From the IMG/VR virus record IMGVR_UViG_3300022074_000005: a DNA stretch of 64,000 nucleotides; one strand, written 5' to 3'. The notes beneath the pieces are model-generated. The model worked only from the letters and a program-made list of their open reading frames with translations. It made no database searches and was not told the DNA's origin. Positions 38,419-47,425 of this stretch are shown one piece after another; the stretch's first letter is position 1, and every line of letters begins with the position of its first letter. This DNA comes from a virus. A program made the translations under genes and the position numbers.

Positions 38419-40049
38419 TACCAATCTGTATCCTTATCTCTAACAACTGGTGACCATCTAGTACCATATTCATCTACTGATTCTCCTATCTCTTCATTAC
38501 CATCTAATATAAAACCAAATGGTGTCATATCTTGCTCTATTCTATCTTGATTATCTGCATACATTCTTTTTCTAATATCTTGATCTGTTAACTCTTTAAA
38601 ATATCTTTGATCTGTTGCCCAGGAAAATAAAACTAAACACATTACTAAATCATCATTGCTACCTTCCTCTGCTTGAAATTGATTACCACGAACTATGTAA
38701 GTTGATAATTCATTTATTATATCAAAATCATCTACGAGTAGTTTATCTGTTTCTAATAATTGTTTTAAGTTAGAACATCCTACTTTTTTAACTGACTTTG
38801 TTGTTCTTACACCTAATTGTGCTTTACCACCAGAAAATCCACTACCCATAACTTGACCAGCACGTCCTCTCATATAACACATAATTATATTATCATATTC
38901 TAAATCAAAATGTAAGTTGTTTGATACTTGCTCTCCTATATCATTTACTTCAACTAAAACATATGCATGATTATATGCCCTAGCAACATGATGTATTTTA
39001 TGTGGAAATAATAAAGGTTTTATTTCGTTATCTTTAAATGATGCAACTACTTTATATGGTATTTCTGAAACATCAATAACAGTAAATGCTGATGCATCGT
39101 TTTTAGTTCCACGTGCAACGTCAGCTGTTACAACATAAGTGTGATCTTTTTTAGGATTTTCATAAACATTTAATCCCTCATGTTTTACAATAGGTTCTTT
39201 GTAAGTCATTTGTCTTAATTTTGCAGAGTTAACAAGTGTATTAGTAGAACCTAAAAACTCACATTCAAACTCTGTTTGGAATTGTTGTTCACTTGTATTT
39301 GAGATAGTTTCTTGTTTCCATTTTTCATCTCTACCTGGTACTTCCGACCAATGTACTTCTATAGGTACATAAGTGTTTCTTTTATATTGTGCATCATTCC
39401 ATAATTTATAGAACATATTCATACCATGTGGTGTAGATACAATAATTACTTTTGTTGTTTTACCAGAAGAGATTGTAGGATAAACTGAACTAAAAAATTG
39501 TTCAGCAACATTTGATGGTACATATGCAAACTCATCAAGAAATATTATATTGTATGAACCTCCTCTAACTGCTGATGCTGATGTAGATGATGCTAGTATT
39601 TTACTTCCATTTTCTAATTCTAAACTTCCTTTGTTCCATGACATTACTCCTTGTTGTAACCATTTAGGTAAGTTTTCGTATGCGAGTTGTAATCTACCTA
39701 ATAAGTCTCTAGCAGTTGCAGCTTTGTTTGCAAGTATCGCTATGTTAACACTAGGATTAAATAATGCATAATGTAAAAGATAAGCAATCATAACAGTTGA
39801 TTTACCTGATTGTCTAGGAAGTTTGCAAATAGTAAATCTATTACTATGAAAAGTACCAATCATTTCTTTTTGGAAATTATAAGGTTTAAACTTGACTAAT
39901 CCCTCGTCAAGTGATATAATCTTTATGTAGTTCGTGATAAAGTATAAAGGGTCATTCATACATTTTTGATATTCTTCAATCTCAGCTTGTGACCACTCTT
40001 TAGGTTGATTAGCTTTTTTTAGATTTGGATTACCTAGATAACTTTCCAT
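38418..40049 (-). CDS. gp17: Terminase large subunit (gp17)
   Basis: YLGNPNLK, PRQSGKS, FLDEFA, STPHG, ADVARG, DDLVM. Confidence 0.98.
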   Translation of the reverse strand: MESYLGNPNLKKANQPKEWSQAEIEEYQKCMNDPLYFITNYIKIISLDEGLVKFKPYNFQKEMIGTFHSNRFTICKLPRQSGKSTVMIAYLLHYALFNPSVNIAILANKAATARDLLGRLQLAYENLPKWLQQGVMSWNKGSLELENGSKILASSTSASAVRGGSYNIIFLDEFAYVPSNVAEQFFSSVYPTISSGKTTKVIIVSTPHGMNMFYKLWNDAQYKRNTYVPIEVHWSEVPGRDEKWKQETISNTSEQQFQTEFECEFLGSTNTLVNSAKLRQMTYKEPIVKHEGLNVYENPKKDHTYVVTADVARGTKNDASAFTVIDVSEIPYKVVASFKDNEIKPLLFPHKIHHVARAYNHAYVLVEVNDIGEQVSNNLHFDLEYDNIIMCYMRGRAGQVMGSGFSGGKAQLGVRTTKSVKKVGCSNLKQLLETDKLLVDDFDIINELSTYIVRGNQFQAEEGSNDDLVMCLVLFSWATDQRYFKELTDQDIRKRMYADNQDRIEQDMTPFGFILDGNEEIGESVDEYGTRWSPVVRDKDTDW

Positions 40050-41001
40050 TTACATAAACCTCTTTATATCTATTTGTGTTTTTCATTTTAGAAGAACATT
40101 TTGATTTACAAAAATCTGGCACATCGCCATTTGTAATTTTATCAAAAAAATCTTTCCATGCTTTACTATTTACTATATCTTTTACTTTATTATTATTTAG
40201 ATTGTTGCTAGCATCTAATAATGGTTCATATCTTTTATCAACTTGTTCACTATGTAATACGTCTGCATCTAACCAACAACACGGTAATACTTGTTTTGTT
40301 GTTGATACGTATGGCAATCTTTCTTGAGTCATGTATGTATCATCTAACATACTTAAACACTTTGGTCTAAACTCTTCTTTTTCTTTCTCTATTTTTTCTT
40401 TGAATTTTTTATTTTTTGGTTCTAAAAAATCATTAGTTCTACCAGAGTAATTTAATTCTAAAGTAACTCCAATATCTTTTGCCATTTGTATTGCTTGTGT
40501 TATCTTATCTTCATTATAACTAAAAACAATATATTGCCATTTACAATCTATACCCATTTCACTAGCAGTTTTCATTACTTCAAATAATTTTTCACCATCT
40601 TGATTTTGTCTGTAAACAAAACTTTGATATGGAAGACCATCTATACCAAAACGCCATTCTGCTTTTGGATGAGCTCTAAATGCATCAATATAAAACTCTA
40701 TAGGTTTTTGTGAGGCTGCATTACTAATAGATACATGAACATTTTTAGAACATGCAATACGAAGCATTTCAATTAGATTAGGATTAAATATAGGGTCACC
40801 AAATGTACCATTAAGAGTTAATGCTGAAAAGTGATCAGTTAAGTCTTTCCATTCATCAATTGTTAAATCGCCACCAGGTATATCTTTAGTTTTGTAATCC
40901 CAAATAGAACGAGCACATTGAGAACATTGCAATGTACATTTATTTGTAATATCTAAATCTAAACCTCTATTTTTAAAACCATCATTTTTATAATCAATCA
41001 T
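40030..41001 (-). CDS. Radical SAM/SPASM(twitch) enzyme between gp16 and gp17
   Basis: ITNKCTLQCSQC, FGIDG, WQYIVF, PKC...PCCW...CKSKC. Confidence 0.88.
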   Translation of the reverse strand: MIDYKNDGFKNRGLDLDITNKCTLQCSQCARSIWDYKTKDIPGGDLTIDEWKDLTDHFSALTLNGTFGDPIFNPNLIEMLRIACSKNVHVSISNAASQKPIEFYIDAFRAHPKAEWRFGIDGLPYQSFVYRQNQDGEKLFEVMKTASEMGIDCKWQYIVFSYNEDKITQAIQMAKDIGVTLELNYSGRTNDFLEPKNKKFKEKIEKEKEEFRPKCLSMLDDTYMTQERLPYVSTTKQVLPCCWLDADVLHSEQVDKRYEPLLDASNNLNNNKVKDIVNSKAWKDFFDKITNGDVPDFCKSKCSSKMKNTNRYKEVYVNGKLSR

Positions 41002-41404
41002 CCTTTTTCTTTTTCAATAGTTTTTGTAGTTCGGCTGTTGAACCTACATACAAAGCATTAGTTACATTTTTGGGAGCATTGTTAGGAACTTCTTTTAATT
41101 TTTTCATCTTCTCTTGTAGATCACCAAGTTTTTCTGTTACCTCAGAAACTTGTTTAATTAAATTACCAGCAACTTCGTATGCTCTTGGATGGTCAGAGTT
41201 TTGAGCAATATCTAATATTCCTTGTATTGCGTCTTGTCCTCTTTCAACTAAATTGTAAAAATTTTCTCTTTGATACTTGTAATCAGAATCTATATCTTCA
41301 TCTTCTTTTGGTCTAGGAATAACTTTTTTAGGTTCTGATTTTATAAGTTCTTTATCTTTAACACCTAAAGCATCGTTTATTATTTCATCTATTTTATCAG
41401 CCAT
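40994..41404 (-). CDS. gp16: Terminase small subunit (gp16)
   Basis: DYKYQREN, HPRAYEVAG, NALYVGSTAELQK. Confidence 0.95.
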   Translation of the reverse strand: MADKIDEIINDALGVKDKELIKSEPKKVIPRPKEDEDIDSDYKYQRENFYNLVERGQDAIQGILDIAQNSDHPRAYEVAGNLIKQVSEVTEKLGDLQEKMKKLKEVPNNAPKNVTNALYVGSTAELQKLLKKKKDD

Positions 41405-42254
41405 TTAAAAAATACCTTTTCATTTTTGCATCGTCTTGATCAAGATTTATACCACATCGCTTTCTGCAAACTTCTGGTGGATTAGTTTTTAATTTATTAT
41501 TAAATGTTTTCCACGTATTAGAGTTTACTATTTCTTTAACAGTATTTATTTTCAAATTTAAAGTACTATCATATAATTCTGAAACTTGTTGTTTATGTGA
41601 GTCTAACCAACAACATGGTAATACATTACCACCAGCTGCATAATACATATTTGTTTTATTCTCTAAACATCTTGGTCTTATTTTAGGTGACATGTTATAT
41701 TTTAATTTTACATTCTTACCCTCAGCATCGGTATTTGTTTCTAACAACTGTAATCTTATATCATGATCTTTAGCTAATTTATATGCATCTAATTGATATT
41801 TCTCATTGTAAGGAAAAACTATATACTGCCACTCTACATCTATACCAAGTTTTTTTGCATCTAACATTCTTTGAAATAAAAACTCACCATCTTGATTTTT
41901 TCTATATTGATGTGATTGATGAGGTAGACCATCAATTCCAAAAACCCAATGAGCATGTAAGTTTGATTGAAACGCTTCATCATATACACTTTTCTTTTTA
42001 TGATTGGCTGCGTTATGAATACGAACATGTTTTTTTCGTATGTAACATAGTTTTAGTAATTGATTTAGTTTTGTGTGATAGATTGGGTCTGATTGACCAC
42101 CACACATATCTATGATATCAAACTCATCAAGAATTTTTTCAAACTCGTCTATTGTTATTTCACTTTTAACAATAGTATAGTTTTCATCTTGACGATTACA
42201 ACCACCACATTTAAGAGTACACTTATGTGTTATATCTAAATTTATTTCTTTCAT
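41397..42254 (-). CDS. Radical SAM/SPASM(twitch) enzyme between gp15 and gp16
   Basis: ITHKCTLKCGGC, FGIDGLP, WQYIVF, PRC...PCCW...CRKRC; paralog of 40030..41001. Confidence 0.88.
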   Translation of the reverse strand: MKEINLDITHKCTLKCGGCNRQDENYTIVKSEITIDEFEKILDEFDIIDMCGGQSDPIYHTKLNQLLKLCYIRKKHVRIHNAANHKKKSVYDEAFQSNLHAHWVFGIDGLPHQSHQYRKNQDGEFLFQRMLDAKKLGIDVEWQYIVFPYNEKYQLDAYKLAKDHDIRLQLLETNTDAEGKNVKLKYNMSPKIRPRCLENKTNMYYAAGGNVLPCCWLDSHKQQVSELYDSTLNLKINTVKEIVNSNTWKTFNNKLKTNPPEVCRKRCGINLDQDDAKMKRYFLNG

Positions 42255-42274
42255 TAAAAATCATTGTATAATTA

Positions 42275-43051
42275 TTAATCACTTTTTGCGTCTTCATAGA
42301 AAGCTGTAGTTTCGTTAAATCCAAAATCATCATCTGCATTGGCAGTTGCTGGTGAAGGTGTAACTGTATATCTTTGCTCTCTCGTTGGTGACTTATCAGG
42401 TAAGTCTGTATATTGGTCAACTTGAACTCTTTTAATAACTTTACTATCTGTTACTGGTCCGTATAGATAAAATTTAGAAGTGAAATTTAATGTGTAGATA
42501 ATTGCTCTTCTTTCTGTAAACTGACCTCTGTAACTATCTTCGTAATTAATTGAATTTAAAATAATTGGTATATCTCTTTTGATACCCATATCTGACATAT
42601 CATTAATTGTAACAGTATAATCTGGTTGAAAGAAAGGTAATATTTGTTCTATAATTTGTAACGCATCATCTGATTGTTTTGCCATAATAAACAATTCAAA
42701 ATCTAAATTATATGGCACTGGCATAAATTGAGTTTCTAATTGACTTGTAGTACCAGATTTTGCTTTTTTAAATTTTTGAACTCTATTTAATTTTCTTGTA
42801 GTATCGTATGCCATGTTTTGAATTTCAAAACCAATACGAGGTAAAGTAATTGCTACTTTACTTGTTAGATCAGCATCTTGATCTAATCTTGCTAGAAACT
42901 TTTGTTTTGGACCATATGCTAAAGGCACTTTCATTTTTTGAATGATTGTACCATTATTATCTTTTCTAACTAAATTGATATTATTAAATATCGTACCAAA
43001 TGAGACAACCATCTTTCTGATTGTTTCGTGATAAAATTGTGTTCCTAACAT
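42275..43051 (-). CDS. gp15: Tail terminator / sheath stabilizer (gp15)
   Basis: FYHETIRK, VPLAYGPKQKF, LPR, QIIEQILPFFQP, YLYGP. Confidence 0.95.
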   Translation of the reverse strand: MLGTQFYHETIRKMVVSFGTIFNNINLVRKDNNGTIIQKMKVPLAYGPKQKFLARLDQDADLTSKVAITLPRIGFEIQNMAYDTTRKLNRVQKFKKAKSGTTSQLETQFMPVPYNLDFELFIMAKQSDDALQIIEQILPFFQPDYTVTINDMSDMGIKRDIPIILNSINYEDSYRGQFTERRAIIYTLNFTSKFYLYGPVTDSKVIKRVQVDQYTDLPDKSPTREQRYTVTPSPATANADDDFGFNETTAFYEDAKSD

Positions 43052-43060
43052 TTTCTATTC

Positions 43061-44068
43061 CTATTCTCCAGCATCACCAAAAGGGTTTCTTTCAGAGAAG
43101 TCTAGTATTGAATCATCTGCTTTATCAAATAATTCATTTTGACTTGTTACATCTATTGTACCGTCACCAATTATATATGTCTCTTGGATTAGGTAGTTTG
43201 AACTTACAGAGTCATCTGCTTGTTCAAGTAATATGTTTTCACCGACAGACCTACTATCATTTTCATGTACAACAACATCACTATCTTCCATTAATAACGT
43301 ATCAGTTTGTGATGCGTTTGTAAAGAATTCTAATGCGATACTTTCGTTATATGCACTTGTTGATTCAAGTGTAAACTGATGGCCTAAAGTATCTGTTGTT
43401 AAAGCATCTTCGATAGCATCAACATCTGTAATGCCAGTATTTAGTTCCTCGCTAGAGTATTCAAACTGTCTGCATCTTAATTTGTAAACAGGGTTGTTAT
43501 CTAGTTGATGAAATGGTTCATCGTGATCTACGAAAGATATCTCAAATAATTTTTTAAGTATTGGATGAAAAACTAAATCACCCTCTAGTGGTCTTGTTGC
43601 AAACTCACCAAGTGTGTCATCTTCTTTTCTCAAGTAAGCACTTTCAAAAGAAGCACTAGCATTGTTTGTAGTATCAGCAGTAATAGTACCACTTTCTAAA
43701 AGTATTGAACCCTCAGTAGTATCTGTACCACTTTCAATATCTATTTGACGAGCAACATCATTAAATCTTTTTCTATGTACAACAAAAGTAATCTCGTTTC
43801 TATTTTCAAGACCAAACTGTTGCATGACTTCTTTCTCACCTTGAAATCCACCAGATGAGTCTTCAACATACATTTCAATTGTTTGAGATTTATTAAATTG
43901 TGATAAACTATCTTCGCCAAAGATATTATCTCTAGCTTGTAAAGTTCTATCTATATAATTTACATCATGTCCGTAGATTTGTATAGACTCTTTTACTAAG
44001 TCTGAATACAAGTTTTTTTCTACATCGAGAGTAGTATTGTCTGTTTTAAATAGACTGTTGACAGCCAT
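43061..44068 (-). CDS. gp14: Neck protein (gp14)
   Basis: ESIQIYG, FGED, IEMY, RPLEGDL, FEYSSE, DFSERNPFG. Confidence 0.93.
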   Translation of the reverse strand: MAVNSLFKTDNTTLDVEKNLYSDLVKESIQIYGHDVNYIDRTLQARDNIFGEDSLSQFNKSQTIEMYVEDSSGGFQGEKEVMQQFGLENRNEITFVVHRKRFNDVARQIDIESGTDTTEGSILLESGTITADTTNNASASFESAYLRKEDDTLGEFATRPLEGDLVFHPILKKLFEISFVDHDEPFHQLDNNPVYKLRCRQFEYSSEELNTGITDVDAIEDALTTDTLGHQFTLESTSAYNESIALEFFTNASQTDTLLMEDSDVVVHENDSRSVGENILLEQADDSVSSNYLIQETYIIGDGTIDVTSQNELFDKADDSILDFSERNPFGDAGE

Positions 44069-44072
44069 GACG

Positions 44073-44885
44073 TTAACCCTTCATTATTAGATCGGGGTAT
44101 TGCATGTTTTGTATTTGTTCTTCTAGTCTAGTTATTTCTTCTTGAGCTTGAGTAAATATTTGTTCACCATTCATAGTGACACCACCTAACATTTGAACCT
44201 CATTGAACTTAGACAAGTTTTGACCCCATTGTTTTTTTATTAATGCAGTTGCATATCTTTTAAGATGCATATCGTTAAATAAATCTGTATATGTGGCAGG
44301 GTCAAGCTTTCTATAACATTCAATAATTAAATAATCATTTTCGCTTATGTCATTTGTCCAATCCATATCAATATATAATCTTCTTTGATGTTCATAAAAT
44401 CTTAATGGACTTTCGCCTACCAATAAATGTGACAAGTAATCTAAATGTTGCATTGTCATTTCGTAATGTATAATACTTGTTGAAGAAAAATCATACAGGT
44501 CATTCAATCTTAATTGATATCTTATATCAAACATATTATTAGTAGCTGCGTTATCAAAACTAAAAATGTTTAGTACTGAAACTACTGAGTCAGGCATAGG
44601 GATGAAGTTTTTACCTTCTTGAAAAGATGCTGTGATTGAACTATCTGCAACGTCTGTCGCAGTTGTAGTTATATTTTCACTACCTCTAGTTATGTCTGCT
44701 GATGTAATTTTATATTTAAGATACATCTTCTCAATACCATCGTAATAGTAATGAGAAAAATATTGTAGTGCTTCGTCTAATCTATCGTCTGCTTGATCGT
44801 CTGTTATATTGATTTGTACAGCACCTTTACCTAAATTTCTTAGGCAATATTCTTTTAATGTACTCTTTGAATTTGGAATGGCCAT
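44073..44885 (-). CDS. gp13: Neck protein (gp13)
   Basis: LKEYCLRNLG, YATALIKKQWGQNLSKF, GGVTMNG. Confidence 0.95.
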   Translation of the reverse strand: MAIPNSKSTLKEYCLRNLGKGAVQINITDDQADDRLDEALQYFSHYYYDGIEKMYLKYKITSADITRGSENITTTATDVADSSITASFQEGKNFIPMPDSVVSVLNIFSFDNAATNNMFDIRYQLRLNDLYDFSSTSIIHYEMTMQHLDYLSHLLVGESPLRFYEHQRRLYIDMDWTNDISENDYLIIECYRKLDPATYTDLFNDMHLKRYATALIKKQWGQNLSKFNEVQMLGGVTMNGEQIFTQAQEEITRLEEQIQNMQYPDLIMKG

Positions 44886-45663
44886 GTATTTTTCCTTTTA
44901 AGTATTTATCTAAATCCCTTTTTGGTCGCCATCCCAAAGATAATATGTCCTTGATATTTGCAGTATTATCAAGACTTTCGCCACTATGACCTTCTTTTGT
45001 TGGTATATTTTTAAAGTATTTATCGACCAATTCGTTTACTTTTATGCCTTTTCCACTTGCAATTTCATATGTGTGTTGTGTCCAATCCATATAAAACTCT
45101 TTTCTATATATCAACAATTTTATCGCATCAACAACATCTAACACATGTATAAAATCTCTAGTGTGTTCAGTCTTGTATTCTAGTGTTCCGTCAATCATCT
45201 TTTGAGTTAACATAGTAGGTCTACAACCATCACCAAAAACATTTGTAAATCTTAATCCTATATGTTTACCTGTTGCTTTTGCTACAGCTTCCATTGCTTT
45301 TTTAGAACCTGCATATGGGTTCTTCCACCAATAATGTGCGTTTGATGATGACGCATAAACACATGGTGTTTTATTTTCAGCACACAATTTAAACAAATTT
45401 GTTGACCATTCAACATTTGTTTCGTACCATTTATCTGGGTTATCAAAAGATTTACGTACATCTGCTAGAGCTGCCAAATGTACAACTCTGTCAACATCTT
45501 CTAACGTTTCTTTTGTAATATCTTTAAAGTTTCTAATCGCAGGTTGTCCTAATTCATTTCTACCATGCAAATCCCACTTTGAAACTTCGTGGCCATCTAA
45601 TTCTAACTCTTCGACAAGATTACGACCTATAAATCCTTGAGAGCCAGTTACTAATATTTTCAT
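44827..45663 (-). CDS. NAD-dependent NDP-sugar epimerase/dehydratase (extended SDR)
   Basis: VTGSQGFIG, HLAA, YASSS, YAGSK (YxxxK), GLRFTNVFG, RDFIHV; 59-bp overlap with gp13. Confidence 0.92.
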   Translation of the reverse strand: MKILVTGSQGFIGRNLVEELELDGHEVSKWDLHGRNELGQPAIRNFKDITKETLEDVDRVVHLAALADVRKSFDNPDKWYETNVEWSTNLFKLCAENKTPCVYASSSNAHYWWKNPYAGSKKAMEAVAKATGKHIGLRFTNVFGDGCRPTMLTQKMIDGTLEYKTEHTRDFIHVLDVVDAIKLLIYRKEFYMDWTQHTYEIASGKGIKVNELVDKYFKNIPTKEGHSGESLDNTANIKDILSLGWRPKRDLDKYLKGKIHGHSKFKEYIKRILPKKFR

Positions 45664-45691
45664 TGACAATTCCTATATAAATATCTATAAT
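45663..45691 (+). promoter_or_regulatory. Perfect sigma70 promoter with a late promoter nested in its spacer
   Basis: TTGACA (45663-68)-N17-TATAAT (45686-91); TATAAATA at 45676-83. Confidence 0.85.
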
Positions 45692-45700
45692 GTTATGTAC

Positions 45701-45730
45701 ATATTAACAAATTGAAGGTGATTATGTCAA
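45701..45730 (-). promoter_or_regulatory. Opposing sigma70-type promoter for the SDR gene
   Basis: TTGACA (45725-30)-N18-TAATAT (45701-06) with extended -10 TG. Confidence 0.5.
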
Positions 45731-46605
45731 GGGTTATTTACTCAATATATATCGATATTCCTAAAGAAAAATTAGACTTACACGATACACACATTCTTAA
45801 AAAGAACGAAACGCCAATGAATCTTAAAATGAAACAGGCGTTTATAGATCACTATGATTGGCTCGTAGAAACGAAAAAACGCTATGCAGACAAGATAGGT
45901 GCAGATTTTCAAATGTATGAATACGATGAAGATTACATTAAGTTTCATGAAGAGTACTCAAAAAAATATCCATTTCTTACAGATTATAATATAGTAAACA
46001 AATATAAATTACATATTTTAGATAGACTTGTTAATTACAAAGATGAAGTACTATATCTAGACTTTGATGCTATACCGACTACTAACGAATCCTTTTTTGA
46101 TGTATGGGATTTAAATAAGGGTATTACCATATTACATAACAACGATAAGATAAGAGACCCAGGGCAACATATACATCGTATCAATGGCACTATTCGTTCA
46201 CCGTCAGCAAAATATTTTAATGCAATGGCAATGTTAGAAGAGACAGATAATAAACCTCAATGTGATGTAGTAAATACTGCTATCATTGGTGCAACAAAAG
46301 AACATTGGAAAAAGTTAAAATACTTTGATGATTTAAAACAATCATTTGATTTAATGACATATTTAAAAAGTGATGAGTATCAATCTATGTATCCACCAAA
46401 TATAACTAAAACATTTGGATATGACAATGAAACTATATTTACATATAAGTTAGTTGCAAATAATGTATCAGTACAATGGTTAGATTATCAATGGCATTTC
46501 TTTTATGATAATAATAGAGGTATTCCTCAAGACGCAAAAATAGTACATGCAATAAACAAAGAATTTGAAAGAGTAAAACAATTTTATGAAAAACTTAATC
46601 TTTAG
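45724..46605 (+). CDS. GT-A fold glycosyltransferase (GT8/GT34-like), paralog 1
   Basis: YADKIGADF, VLYLDFD (DxD), NTAIIG, DNE, QW, KIVH; start MSRVIYS. Confidence 0.75.
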   Translation: MSRVIYSIYIDIPKEKLDLHDTHILKKNETPMNLKMKQAFIDHYDWLVETKKRYADKIGADFQMYEYDEDYIKFHEEYSKKYPFLTDYNIVNKYKLHILDRLVNYKDEVLYLDFDAIPTTNESFFDVWDLNKGITILHNNDKIRDPGQHIHRINGTIRSPSAKYFNAMAMLEETDNKPQCDVVNTAIIGATKEHWKKLKYFDDLKQSFDLMTYLKSDEYQSMYPPNITKTFGYDNETIFTYKLVANNVSVQWLDYQWHFFYDNNRGIPQDAKIVHAINKEFERVKQFYEKLNL

Positions 46606-47425
46606 TATCTGGCGACCTGCAAAGATAGAAAAAAACTTTGAGGACAGACGAACATACGTAAACAATCAATTAGAAAAATACTTTGATAAATTAGTTGATA
46701 ATAAAAAATTATATGCAGATAAGATAGGTGCAGAGTTTAAATTATTAGAACCAGAGAGTGATCTTTATGATAATATGAACTTTGAAAAACTATTTTTACT
46801 TGATAAGTTTGCATATGATTATGATAATGTTTTGTATCTAGATTTAGATGTTATTGCTAACACTACTAAAAGTTTTTTCGATAAGTTTGATATGAATACT
46901 TTGATATGTAGATATGAACCATGTACCAGATATGATAGAATGGGATTACATGCTTTGTTAGACACGATGGTTAATGATAGTGAAGAGAGAAGAAAGTATA
47001 TTCAACATCTAAAACAAAAAGGTGAGTTTGTAAAATTTGCTAGGGAATATATTGATAAACACTTTGAAGAAGCGTGGTCTAAACTAGACAAGTACCATTG
47101 GATGAAAAAAGGTCAAGAAGTACAAAAGATAATACCAGATGGTGAACATTGGATTTTCAATACAGGTATTACTGGTGGAGGTTCTGATATAATAAAAAAA
47201 TTAAATATTCATAAACACTACGAAGAGTTTAAGAAACTTGATGTACAACAAAATAATGAAGTATTTTTAACTTGGTTAGTAAAGAAAGAAAAGTTTCCTC
47301 TTACTCAACTACCTGAATGGTGGCATTACAATTGTTTAAAATCAGATAATAAGATTGCCAATGCATGTATGTGGCATGTAACAGATAAAAACTTTGAGAG
47401 AGTTTTTAGGCTTGTGAACTTTTAA
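46586..47425 (+). CDS. GT-A fold glycosyltransferase (GT8/GT34-like), paralog 2
   Basis: YADKIGAEF, VLYLDLD (DxD), FNTGITG, NNE, WWH, WHV. Confidence 0.75.
   Translation: MKNLIFSIWRPAKIEKNFEDRRTYVNNQLEKYFDKLVDNKKLYADKIGAEFKLLEPESDLYDNMNFEKLFLLDKFAYDYDNVLYLDLDVIANTTKSFFDKFDMNTLICRYEPCTRYDRMGLHALLDTMVNDSEERRKYIQHLKQKGEFVKFAREYIDKHFEEAWSKLDKYHWMKKGQEVQKIIPDGEHWIFNTGITGGGSDIIKKLNIHKHYEEFKKLDVQQNNEVFLTWLVKKEKFPLTQLPEWWHYNCLKSDNKIANACMWHVTDKNFERVFRLVNF

Noticed and set aside
2-40049. Inteins or group I introns in gp43, gp46, uvsW and gp17
   Set aside because: Continuous frames of normal length with no visible splice motifs or internal endonuclease
41410-42300. Resemblance of the gp15 end (YEDAK) to the radical SAM end (QDDAK) as an insertion scar
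   Set aside because: Too short and imperfect at the nucleotide level to exceed chance
11918-42420. Short minus-strand ORFs nested in other frames (11918-12103, 12989-13195, 16676-16864, 21226-21444, 31529-31756, 42223-42420)
   Set aside because: Lie inside or largely overlap conserved genes; composition reflects the host gene's alternative frame
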